Below, piece by piece: positions 8,130-15,475 of a stretch of 18,404 bases of DNA; position 1 is the first letter of the stretch, and each line of letters begins with the position of its first letter. The DNA comes from a virus. The DNA lies in the UHGV virus genome UHGV-0256895, one strand, 5' to 3'. The position numbers were made by a program, and so were the translations under genes. The notes beneath the pieces are model-generated. The model did no database searches. It saw nothing but the letters and a program-made list of their open reading frames with translations, and was not told the origin of the DNA.

Positions 8130-9545
8130 TTAATACCCCACAGCAAAATAGTTAAACCCGCCAGCGCCGATGGATGATTCAGCGTTGGTTCCTGTCTGAT
8201 AAGCGCGTAGCTGGAAATTAGTTCTCGTAAAATCCTGGGCGGTTAACGCAAAACCTTGACCTGTACCGCCAACACTCTGGTCTGTTGCAACAACACATAG
8301 CGCCCTGGTTGGAAACGCAATCGGGAATGATACTGTTTCTGGGGATGTTTTCGTTTTGGCTATTGCCCATTGAAGAATTAACCCGCCTGGCAGGTATTGA
8401 TACCCCGAATCGGCTCGCTGATTACCAAATGAAGACATGTCCGGAATCTGTCCGGAACCAGTGCCAACATTTTTTTTTGCCGCATCTCCTAAACCAAGGT
8501 ATGCGAGAAGACCAGCGACATCCTTTCCACTCAAATTAGTCAGCGTATTGTCCAGCGGTTGTTTACCTGCCAGCGCATTAAGCATTGTCGTGGCAAAGTT
8601 CGGATCATTCCCCAACGCCGACGCCAGTTCGTTCAGTGTATCCAGTGCCGCAGGTGCAGAACCTACCATTGCTGCAATCGCCGATTTCACAAAAGCCGTG
8701 GTGGCAATCTGTGTATTGTTGACCGACTGTGCAGCAGTGGGGGCTGTTGGCGTTCCGGTGAGTGCCGGACTCGACAACGGCGCTTTCAGTGCCAGCGCAT
8801 TGTTAATGGTGGTACTGAAATTCGGATCATTGTTAATGGCTGCGGCTATTTCTTTCAGCGTGTCCAGCGTGGCTGGCGCACCATTAATAAGAGCCGTCAG
8901 TGCCGCCTGAACAAACGCGGTGGTCGCAACCTGCGTGGTGTTATTCCCTGCCGCTGGAGTTGGCGCTTTTGGTGTCCCGGTAAACGTCGGACTTTCTTTG
9001 GGTGCATACTGTGAATGCGGGTCCGGTGCGGCAAGATGTTTTGCCATCTGATCATCCACGTACACCTTCAGCTCCAGTACCTTGTCATCCACATACTTGC
9101 GGGTTGCCAGCACTACGGCAGGGTCGATTTTCAGGGTGATATTGTCCGTGCTGCTGGTAATCAGCACCATGCGCACGGTCTGGGTACGCCCGCTGCCTTC
9201 AGCCAGTTGCGGCTTATAGCTTTCCGGGCAGTTGCCCACGGCAATCAATGCCCCGGACTCATCAAACAGGCCCACTTCACGTATCCACCAACCGCCCTCG
9301 TTTTCAGGGATCACCTGTTCAGCAATAATCTGGCTGCTGTTCTGCGGGTCGATATAGAGCATATTCAGCGCAGCCCGGCGTTTCTCATTTACCAATGCTG
9401 TCTGCTTGGCGTCCGGCGTTGGCAATGTTCCGCCGCCATCGCCCACCGCCATATGGGTAATTTTTAGCGGCACACCGAGCGCGGCGGCGCTGGCAAGTTT
9501 CGCCGCGCCAATATCCGTCAGCAGGGTATAAAATTTTGTGCTCAT
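8130..9545 (-). CDS. H: Tail fibre protein gpH (constant N-terminal part plus currently expressed variable C-terminal segment)
   Basis: 471 aa ORF; N-terminus MSTKFYTLLTDIGAAKLASAAALGVPLKITHMAVGDGGG... is typical of P2-type fibres; two tandem repeats of about 72 aa; crossover site embedded about 116 codons from the stop. Confidence 0.85.
   Translation of the reverse strand: MSTKFYTLLTDIGAAKLASAAALGVPLKITHMAVGDGGGTLPTPDAKQTALVNEKRRAALNMLYIDPQNSSQIIAEQVIPENEGGWWIREVGLFDESGALIAVGNCPESYKPQLAEGSGRTQTVRMVLITSSTDNITLKIDPAVVLATRKYVDDKVLELKVYVDDQMAKHLAAPDPHSQYAPKESPTFTGTPKAPTPAAGNNTTQVATTAFVQAALTALINGAPATLDTLKEIAAAINNDPNFSTTINNALALKAPLSSPALTGTPTAPTAAQSVNNTQIATTAFVKSAIAAMVGSAPAALDTLNELASALGNDPNFATTMLNALAGKQPLDNTLTNLSGKDVAGLLAYLGLGDAAKKNVGTGSGQIPDMSSFGNQRADSGYQYLPGGLILQWAIAKTKTSPETVSFPIAFPTRALCVVATDQSVGGTGQGFALTAQDFTRTNFQLRAYQTGTNAESSIGAGGFNYFAVGY
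8484..8509. other. Invertase crossover site 2 (gix/hix-like), inside the tail fibre gene at the constant/variable boundary
   Basis: ATCTCCTAAACC AA GGTATGCGAGAA on the plus strand; inverted relative to site 1; falls on the GLG codons of H (..LAYLGLGDAAKK..), the point where the silent segment (..[12 protein letters not shown]..) would join in frame. Confidence 0.6.
8556..8990 (-). repeat. Tandem duplication of about 72 codons inside the tail fibre gene
   Basis: Protein segments ..NTTQVATTAFVQAALTALINGAPATLDTLKEIAAAINNDPNFSTTINNALALKAP and ..NNTQIATTAFVKSAIAAMVGSAPAALDTLNELASALGNDPNFATTMLNALAGKQP are clearly homologous. Confidence 0.7.
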
Positions 9546-10147
9546 GGATTCACTCTCATTGTGTCAATAACATGGACCGCCCCGCCTTCATGCGCGGTGC
9601 CGCCGGAAATAATTGTTTCGTTGATATACGGATAGATCGTGATTTCTTCGCCAAGATAGCTGGCGGCCCCCACCCAATGCGGACCGCTGGTCTGCAGATT
9701 GATGGACATGCCGATCATGTGACGGCTACATGGTTTGGCATCGCTTATCAGCCGCTCAAGTTCCAGATAGGTATCTTCAGTGATGCCCTGGTCCTGCACG
9801 CCGATATCCAGGCGAAACGTGCCCGGTGTTTCTCCGGTCTGCCACCACTCAATAATGCGGATCAGGAATCCGAACGGTTCCACCACCCGCCGCACGGCAC
9901 TGGTAGTTCCTTTATGCTGATGAATATAAAAAGCATCCTTCACTACCTGGCGTTTGACGCTTTCTGTCCAGCCCTCGTCCCAGCGATCCACAGAGAACGC
10001 CCAGGCGAGATAAGGCAGGAAGCTGACCGGACAGGTAGCCGGATTCCACAAGTCACGCAGCGGCACCTGCAGATCAGAAATCCCGCTACAGGTTTGCGCC
10101 AGTCGGCGCTCCAGTGAAGTTGAACCCGGTGGCAGCAGACTATTCAT
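9542..10147 (-). CDS. I: Baseplate assembly protein gpI
   Basis: 201 aa ORF between J and H in the conserved V-W-J-I-H order. Confidence 0.75.
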   Translation of the reverse strand: MNSLLPPGSTSLERRLAQTCSGISDLQVPLRDLWNPATCPVSFLPYLAWAFSVDRWDEGWTESVKRQVVKDAFYIHQHKGTTSAVRRVVEPFGFLIRIIEWWQTGETPGTFRLDIGVQDQGITEDTYLELERLISDAKPCSRHMIGMSINLQTSGPHWVGAASYLGEEITIYPYINETIISGGTAHEGGAVHVIDTMRVNP

Positions 10148-11048
10148 CCGTTCCTCCGTTGGTTACGCTCCACTGCGTACATGATGCCGCCTGTGTTTTG
10201 TTCAGGACCACATCCGCCAGCGGAGAAGCCAGTTCCACACGTTGAACACCCTCAACATGCAGAGCAGCAAAGATGGCGCTACGGCGAATATCCCGACCAA
10301 GCCTCGTCTGGCTGGCAATGTACTTCTGCAGACTGGCTTTTGCCGCTGCCATTACCGGCTCTGCTTCCGGTCCCGGATAGAGAAAAATGGTGGCTTCCAC
10401 GCGATACGGGATGATTTCTGCGCTGCGAACCGTAAGACGGTCAGCCACCGGGCGGACGTTCTCACTGTTCAGAGCTTTTTCCACCACGTCCAGCAGGTCT
10501 TTTTCTGCAGTTCCATCGCCTTCGCGGCTAAGGACAGTCAGCACCACCTCTGCAGGTGCCGGGCTGGTTGCACTGGCATCCGCCACCCGACCGTCGGCGC
10601 TTCGGGCATGAAATTCATAAGCTGCAGTTGGCCCCGCAACTGAAAGCCCTTCAAAGGCTGCAGGCACACGCAGGCGTAACGCTTCATCGCTTTCCATCAC
10701 AGCTGCAACGGGCGGCACAGCGTCATTATCAGCAGGCGTCACCGTCAGGCGTTTCACGTTGTAGTTGGCGGCGAGCTGGTCCAGATCGCCCCCTATGGCA
10801 TAAGCCACCATCACCGCCTGCGCAGCTTCGTTAATGCGCTGGCGCAGAAGCAACTCACGGTAAGCATTCTCCTGCAACAATTTGGTGACGGGTTCAGATT
10901 CCAGTTCCAGCGTGCGGATCACTGCTTCCTGCTCATCTTTCGGATGAAGCGCCACAAATTCTGCCTTGCGTTCGGCAAGCAGCGTCTCAAAGTCCGGCAC
11001 ATCCACAATCTGCGGCGCAGGCAACTGCGAAAGGTCAATCACTGCCAT
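10140..11048 (-). CDS. J: Baseplate assembly protein gpJ
   Basis: Track ORF 10140..11087; the likely start is the internal Met giving MAVIDLSQLPAPQIVDVPDFETLLAERKAEF..., which resembles the remembered P2 gpJ N-terminus; C-terminal ..GRDIRRSAIFAALHVEGVQRVELASPLADVVLN.. also conserved. Confidence 0.8.
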   Translation of the reverse strand: MAVIDLSQLPAPQIVDVPDFETLLAERKAEFVALHPKDEQEAVIRTLELESEPVTKLLQENAYRELLLRQRINEAAQAVMVAYAIGGDLDQLAANYNVKRLTVTPADNDAVPPVAAVMESDEALRLRVPAAFEGLSVAGPTAAYEFHARSADGRVADASATSPAPAEVVLTVLSREGDGTAEKDLLDVVEKALNSENVRPVADRLTVRSAEIIPYRVEATIFLYPGPEAEPVMAAAKASLQKYIASQTRLGRDIRRSAIFAALHVEGVQRVELASPLADVVLNKTQAASCTQWSVTNGGTDE

Positions 11049-11394
11049 TCTCTGCTCCTGTTGATACGGAAAGGGAAACAGGCACACCGTTATTACGCCG
11101 CCCGGTCAGCTCCACCACCATTGAACCGTCAAAATTGCTGTTAATGGTGATGGAATCCAGCGTCAGCCGTGGCTCCCAGCGACTCAGCGCCACATACACT
11201 GCCGACATGACCTGCAGGCGTAATGCCGGATTTTGTGGCTGGTCTATCAGTGCCGACAGCAGGGAACCATATTCCCGACGGGCAATGCGGCTACCCTGCG
11301 GCGTCAGCAAAATGTCCCGCACCGACTGGCGCAGATGATCAATATCAGTAATGGCTTTACCGCTGGTATTGTTCATCCCGCTATAAAGCGTCAT
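11035..11394 (-). CDS. W: Baseplate wedge protein gpW (gp25-like)
   Basis: 119 aa ORF MTLYSGMNNTSGKAITDIDHLRQSVRDILLTPQGSRIARREYGSLLSALIDQP... with a W/gp25-like pattern; overlaps V stop and J start. Confidence 0.8.
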   Translation of the reverse strand: MTLYSGMNNTSGKAITDIDHLRQSVRDILLTPQGSRIARREYGSLLSALIDQPQNPALRLQVMSAVYVALSRWEPRLTLDSITINSNFDGSMVVELTGRRNNGVPVSLSVSTGAENGSD

Positions 11395-11969
11395 ACCGGG
11401 CCTCCGGTTGTGTCGCCGCCTTTCAGGACGTCAGTATGCTGATGCGCATCAACCACGATCCCGTTAGAACTCATCGCTCCGCCGCCCTGGGTAACGCCAC
11501 CATTGATCACCACTTCGCTGTTAATGCGCGTGCGGTCAGCCTCCAGTACAAACTCACTGGTTTTCATGGTGATGTTGTCAGCGGCCTCAATGACCATTGA
11601 TTTGATGCCCCTGACATACCAGCGCCCGGTAGTGGGTTCGTATTCAAACCAGCCGCCGTCAGGATGTTCTGTCACGCAGGCGTCTGCCGACGTCGACGGT
11701 GGTGCGAACTGATTCGAATAGACAGCGGGCAGCGCAAAGGCAGTTTCCAGATTGCCGCCCAGACTCAGCAGCACCACCTGCTCACCTTCCGATGGTCGCC
11801 ACCATGTGCGGGCATTCCCGGCACGCAGCGTCAGCCAGCTGATCCAGTTGGTTTCAAGCTCGCCCGTTTTCACCCGGCAAAGCCAGTTTTCCCGGTCCAC
11901 TTCGGTGACTACACCAGTGCGGATCAGGTTGGTGATAAGGCGCATGATTTCGGTTAGTTGTGCGTTCAT
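11391..11969 (-). CDS. V: Baseplate spike protein gpV
   Basis: Track ORF runs to 12077 with a TTG start, but similarity to P2 gpV begins at the internal ATG (11969): MNAQLTEIMRLITNLIRTGVVTEVDRENWLCRVKTGELETNWISWLT... Confidence 0.75.
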   Translation of the reverse strand: MNAQLTEIMRLITNLIRTGVVTEVDRENWLCRVKTGELETNWISWLTLRAGNARTWWRPSEGEQVVLLSLGGNLETAFALPAVYSNQFAPPSTSADACVTEHPDGGWFEYEPTTGRWYVRGIKSMVIEAADNITMKTSEFVLEADRTRINSEVVINGGVTQGGGAMSSNGIVVDAHQHTDVLKGGDTTGGPV

Positions 11970-12015
11970 AGGGTTAGGTTGCACGGACCTTGAATCTATG
12001 GCATCAATACGTCCT

Positions 12016-12033
12016 TGTGTGGTAAATGACACA
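12016..12033 (-). promoter_or_regulatory. Candidate late-promoter dyad (TGT-N12-ACA) upstream of V
   Basis: TGTGTGGTAAATGACACA, centred about 55 bp upstream of the V start codon, which leaves almost no leader if the P2 geometry holds; overlaps the putative promoter and 5' end of the opposite-strand cargo ORF. Motif alone is weak evidence. Confidence 0.3.
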
Positions 12034-12064
12034 AATACAATTCCAATCAAAGAAAGGTAAAAGA

Positions 12065-12595
12065 ATGAGCCATCCAATTGATTATTACGCTATAGAAGAA
12101 CACGCAAGAATAATTGAGCAATTATGCTGTTCATCTGAATTTTATTTACAGCGTATATATTCCACACAGAAAGTATATGATGGTTCTATAGTAACTGAAT
12201 TTGAAATGGAGGAGTTATCGTACAACGGATGGTTGGAATATACCATTAGCAACAATCTTATTAGCCTTTGTACAAAACTACGAATTCTCCAAGACACTAG
12301 TGAACATGAGTGGAACCCAGATTACTCACCTGAGAAAGAAGCATTTGAAGAACATGAAAATATACTTTTTGTTATAGATGGTCATGTTAAAGATTCTATA
12401 CGCGAATGCTGCAATAAAATTATTCACGCATTAAGTTTTGAGTTAACAAAAAAGACCGGCAAAAATGGAATAAAATATTGGGACGGTTCTATTATTGCTT
12501 CTGGGGTTCAAAACAAAAAAAACTGGAAAATTAAAATAGACCTTTTCCCTTTTTGCCAAAGCATAAAAAGTTATTTAAGTTTATTAAGAGCGTAA
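12065..12595 (+). CDS. Hypothetical protein, AT-rich cargo (moron) ORF in the S-V junction; function unknown
   Basis: Track ORF 12026..12595; the RBS-supported start is ATG 12065 (GAAAGG 7 nt upstream), giving a 176 aa soluble, acidic protein (MSHPIDYYAIEEHARIIEQLCCSSEFYLQRIYSTQKVYDG...). Strongly AT-rich and on the opposite strand to all flanking tail genes; no similarity I recognise. Confidence 0.6.
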   Translation: MSHPIDYYAIEEHARIIEQLCCSSEFYLQRIYSTQKVYDGSIVTEFEMEELSYNGWLEYTISNNLISLCTKLRILQDTSEHEWNPDYSPEKEAFEEHENILFVIDGHVKDSIRECCNKIIHALSFELTKKTGKNGIKYWDGSIIASGVQNKKNWKIKIDLFPFCQSIKSYLSLLRA

Positions 12596-12600
12596 ACATT

Positions 12601-13053
12601 CTAATTTTTCATCAATAAATACTTTAAAAGTAAATCTCTTACTTCATTTTCAGTATGTTCATTTAAACCCAGCAATTTTCGGGATGGATACTTAATGACT
12701 CCCCCCTTTGGACTGACGCGATCGCGCAGACCGTAGTGATGAACACGGGCAATACGCTGTACCTTACCTTCAAACTGTACGCTGGCAGAATCCGCGCTGG
12801 CGGCAGTTCTCAGGTATTTTGTGGTGCGCAGCTTTGCAAACATCTGACGTTTGATGCGCCCCTTCTTGCTGCGTGCTGTTACCCTGCGCGGCTCATAACT
12901 GCTGCCATCTGGATTGCGCTGCATCCTGATATTCTGCTGCTGTGTCCGGCGCAGTTCCTGCGCCAGCTGGCGCATCATTCGGCTTCTTGCGGCTGGTTCC
13001 AGATTCGCCAGCAAAGCACTCAGCCAGTCGTCCACCTTCTGCAGTTCAGCCAC
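12601..13053 (-). CDS. S: Tail completion protein gpS
   Basis: 150 aa ORF with ..LEPAARSRMMRQLAQELRRTQQQNI..NPDGSSYEPRRVTARSKKGRIKRQMFAKLRT..VQRIARVHHYGL.. resembling P2 gpS; the last ~20 codons lie in AT-rich DNA. Confidence 0.8.
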   Translation of the reverse strand: MAELQKVDDWLSALLANLEPAARSRMMRQLAQELRRTQQQNIRMQRNPDGSSYEPRRVTARSKKGRIKRQMFAKLRTTKYLRTAASADSASVQFEGKVQRIARVHHYGLRDRVSPKGGVIKYPSRKLLGLNEHTENEVRDLLLKYLLMKN

Positions 13054-13477
13054 GTTTCACCGTCCACATTTCTTCAGGTTCATCGGGTTCCGCTACTGCT
13101 TCAACGCTCGACACACTTCCGTCAGTGCTGACCAGCACACGTTCCGTCAGTTGCAGGTTGAGGCTGATATCACAGACATCGTTGCGCAGAATATCCACCT
13201 CAAAGGTGAATAACTTTTCCCGTAACGCCGGATTATTGATGGCATCGGGCTGGTTATCACGCAGCCACAGCAAAACCGGGGCCATCAGCAGATTCTGGTC
13301 GCCGCTGAAATCCTCAATCACCACGTTGAGGGTATAACGGTACTCCCATGACATGGAGCTGGCCCCCGTGGCAACCAGCGAACCGTTATCCACAAACAGA
13401 TGCAGCTTATCCGGGTTATTGCGGACATAAGGCACTGCTTTATTGAGGGCGTGGCGCAGGGATTGTGGTTTGTTCAC
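13046..13477 (-). CDS. R: Tail completion protein gpR
   Basis: Track ORF 13046..13498; likely start is GTG 13477 with AGGAG 7 nt upstream (..VNKPQSLRHALNKAVPYVRNNPDKLHLF..); gpR-like. Confidence 0.75.
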   Translation of the reverse strand: MNKPQSLRHALNKAVPYVRNNPDKLHLFVDNGSLVATGASSMSWEYRYTLNVVIEDFSGDQNLLMAPVLLWLRDNQPDAINNPALREKLFTFEVDILRNDVCDISLNLQLTERVLVSTDGSVSSVEAVAEPDEPEEMWTVKRG

Positions 13478-13730
13478 TGTTTCGCTCCTGACACGCAATA
13501 ATCATGTCCACTTTGTCTGCACAGACCGCCCAGGCGGCCTCCGTTTCATCCAGCAATGCGTTCAGATCACCGTTAGTGCGCGGCGCTGCCTGCTCCAGCC
13601 GACACGGCGTCACTCGCGGACAACCACTGACGGTAAGCTGCACCTCCGGTGAGTGCCGGACGTTCCCGCAGCCGGATAATGTCAGCAGGCAAAGGAGTAT
13701 CAGCCCAGCGGCGTAAATCCTCGTTCTCAC
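13440..13730 (-). CDS. lysC: Outer-membrane lipoprotein spanin (LysC/Rz1-like o-spanin)
   Basis: 96 aa ORF with signal peptide and lipobox (MRTRIYAAGLILLCLLTLSGC), Pro-rich mature part; starts inside lysB in another frame and runs past its stop, overlapping the R start. Confidence 0.65.
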   Translation of the reverse strand: MRTRIYAAGLILLCLLTLSGCGNVRHSPEVQLTVSGCPRVTPCRLEQAAPRTNGDLNALLDETEAAWAVCADKVDMIIACQERNSEQTTIPAPRPQ

Positions 13731-14001
13731 GTTTCAGTTCCTCGATCCGGTGTTGTCGTTGTCTCAGCAGCGCGCTGGTTTGTTCTGCTTCGGCATAGAG
13801 CCGCGCCTGCTCCCGGTTATTGGTTTCAGCCAGAATGGACAGACTGATCAGCTGGCTATTTTTCTTCGTTAGTTCGTGCGCTTTACTTTTCAGCGCCGTG
13901 CGCTGCGTTTCGATGGTGTGGCTGGCGCTGTTAAGCCGCCACGACTGCCAGCCCAGCGCAACGAGTGCCAGCGCCGCCACTACCGCCAGCGCACGCGTCA
14001 T
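13573..14001 (-). CDS. lysB: Inner-membrane spanin (LysB/Rz-like i-spanin)
   Basis: 142 aa; N-terminal TMD (ALAVVAALALVALGW) followed by a charged coiled-coil-like region; directly downstream of the endolysin. Confidence 0.7.
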   Translation of the reverse strand: MTRALAVVAALALVALGWQSWRLNSASHTIETQRTALKSKAHELTKKNSQLISLSILAETNNREQARLYAEAEQTSALLRQRQHRIEELKRENEDLRRWADTPLPADIIRLRERPALTGGAAYRQWLSASDAVSAGAGSAAH

Positions 14002-14513
14002 AATCCAGCTCCTTTAAGGCACCAGGCCATCTCCCGCGCACGGCGGTTATCCAGCCCCTGATTAAACACACCTTTCACATAAACCCAGCGCGGCAACTGT
14101 CGGCACGCTTCTGCCCAGCGCCGCTGATTGAGCAATTTCACCAGCGTAGAACTGCAGGCATTGCCCGTTCCCACGTTGAAGGCAAACGACACCGTAGCGT
14201 CATATACCTTCTGCGGCGGCTGTTGCTTCACACACCTTTCCAGCGCCCGCTCCACACGCAGCACGTTGGAAATAAGCCCTTCTGCTGCCTGTCGTTCCGT
14301 GATTGTTTTGCCGGGAATGACGCCCGACGTATTTCCAATGCCGTCGGTCCAGACACCCGCGCTGCACTGATACGGCTGCAGACGACAACCTTCGTAATCG
14401 GCAATCAGTTTCAGCCCCTCCACGGAGGTGTGAAGCTGCTGAAACCCCGGCAGCGTGGCAGCAATAGCCAGCACGGCCCCGACAAGGCAGCGTTTAACGA
14501 TTGATGGATTCAT
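13998..14513 (-). CDS. K: Endolysin gpK, lysozyme-like with N-terminal signal-anchor-release (SAR) domain
   Basis: 171 aa; weakly hydrophobic Gly/Ala-rich N-terminus (CLVGAVLAIAATLPG) then a lysozyme-like core (..EGLKLIADYEGCRLQPYQCSAGVWTDGIGNT..); start overlaps the holin stop. Confidence 0.8.
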   Translation of the reverse strand: MNPSIVKRCLVGAVLAIAATLPGFQQLHTSVEGLKLIADYEGCRLQPYQCSAGVWTDGIGNTSGVIPGKTITERQAAEGLISNVLRVERALERCVKQQPPQKVYDATVSFAFNVGTGNACSSTLVKLLNQRRWAEACRQLPRWVYVKGVFNQGLDNRRAREMAWCLKGAGL

Positions 14514-14709
14514 AGTCCTCCCGCGAAATCTGCCCGTCGCGCAGAAGCTGGTAGGCTTTGTGTTTGTAGTACCAGTTGATAGCCAGCATCAGCACACCAA
14601 TCATCAGGCCGCCCAGCGTTGATGCATCCTTGATGGACAAATCGCCCAGCCAGGCCAGCACGACGGCGATGCAATACGTGATAAAGGCGCTGATTCGCTC
14701 AAGCGTCAT
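14494..14709 (-). CDS. Y: Holin, class II / pinholin-like (two TMDs)
   Basis: 71 aa with two hydrophobic segments (ISAFITYCIAVVLAWL; GGLMIGVLMLAINWYY) and a charged C-terminus, immediately upstream of a SAR-type endolysin. Confidence 0.7.
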   Translation of the reverse strand: MTLERISAFITYCIAVVLAWLGDLSIKDASTLGGLMIGVLMLAINWYYKHKAYQLLRDGQISREDYESINR

Positions 14710-14712
14710 AAT

Positions 14713-14916
14713 TCAGTCCCATAGCTGGACGGTCTGCACGGTGGTGGTTGTCGGAATGTCCGGCAGCTCCACCTGCAGCCCGTGAGGTAAAAAGGGGCCG
14801 TATTCGGCAAGCCCCGGATTTGCCTTCAGTACCTGCTCCGTGACACCCTGCGTGCGCCCGTAATGACGCCAGCAAAGTGCGTCCACCGTGTCATACTGAT
14901 GCGCACGCACTTTCAT
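14713..14916 (-). CDS. X: Tail protein gpX
   Basis: 67 aa ORF, same size and position as P2 gpX between L and the lysis genes. Confidence 0.7.
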   Translation of the reverse strand: MKVRAHQYDTVDALCWRHYGRTQGVTEQVLKANPGLAEYGPFLPHGLQVELPDIPTTTTVQTVQLWD

Positions 14917-15380
14917 CAGATAAGCTCCACTGTGCAGTGCGGCGCATCCTGCACCCGGCTGATGGCCCAGCGGGCGTCACGCCATAAATCACCGCTTGCT
15001 TCCGCCAGTTCCTCGCCTCGCTTCGCACCGGATGCCGTGGCGTCATAGTCCTGGTAACGTTCGTTGAGCATGGCGCGTGCCCAGCAGTAAACCGCGTTGA
15101 AATAGTGCTGAATGCGCTCGCTTTTGCCGTCCAGTTGTTCCGCCGGGACTTCTGCCAGCGAGGCATACCCCAGCATCTGCTGGCGTCTGCGAAACTCATA
15201 CAGCTCTGCGTTGACCTCCGAAATTGCCGACAGCGCAACCTGCTTTAAACGCGGCTGCGTCACCGTGCCGTCAGTGCGCATGACACTGCGAAACTCCGAC
15301 AGGTCCACATCAGGCCAGAACGGCGTATTTCTGATGATTTCCGCCTGTTCCGGTGCCTGTTCTGGCGCAACAAACTTCAT
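14916..15380 (-). CDS. L: Head completion/stabilisation protein gpL
   Basis: Track ORF 14916..15443; likely start ATG 15380 with AGGAG 8 nt upstream (MKFVAPEQ...); ..NAELYEFRRRQ..LWRDARWAISRVQDAPHCTVELI resembles gpL. Confidence 0.8.
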   Translation of the reverse strand: MKFVAPEQAPEQAEIIRNTPFWPDVDLSEFRSVMRTDGTVTQPRLKQVALSAISEVNAELYEFRRRQQMLGYASLAEVPAEQLDGKSERIQHYFNAVYCWARAMLNERYQDYDATASGAKRGEELAEASGDLWRDARWAISRVQDAPHCTVELI

Positions 15381-15475
15381 GCTGCTTTCTCCTGAAATAA
15401 AGGGCGGTGGACGGGGTTTTGATGTGGCAGTGCCTTTCGCCACCCCGTGCCGCCCGTGCGCGGGGGCACGTTCTG

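Larger units (their letters stand above)
6950..8496. mobile_element. Invertible tail-fibre host-range segment (Mu G-segment / P1 C-segment type), about 1.55 kb
   Basis: Bounded by the two inverted crossover sites; holds two alternative fibre C-terminal coding segments and two tail-fibre-assembly genes in opposite orientations; invertase adjacent. Confidence 0.65.

Noticed and set aside
8290-8320. GGTTGGAAAC near the 3' end of the tail fibre gene as a possible invertase site
   Set aside because: Half-sites are in the wrong order (GGTT..AAAC, not AAAC..GGTT); the site at 8484..8509 matches site 1 much better and sits at the in-frame junction.
8437-9467. Plus-strand ORFs inside the tail fibre region, including a Cys/Arg-rich 151 aa frame (8559..9014)
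   Set aside because: Antisense of gpH; composition artefacts of the fibre repeat region.
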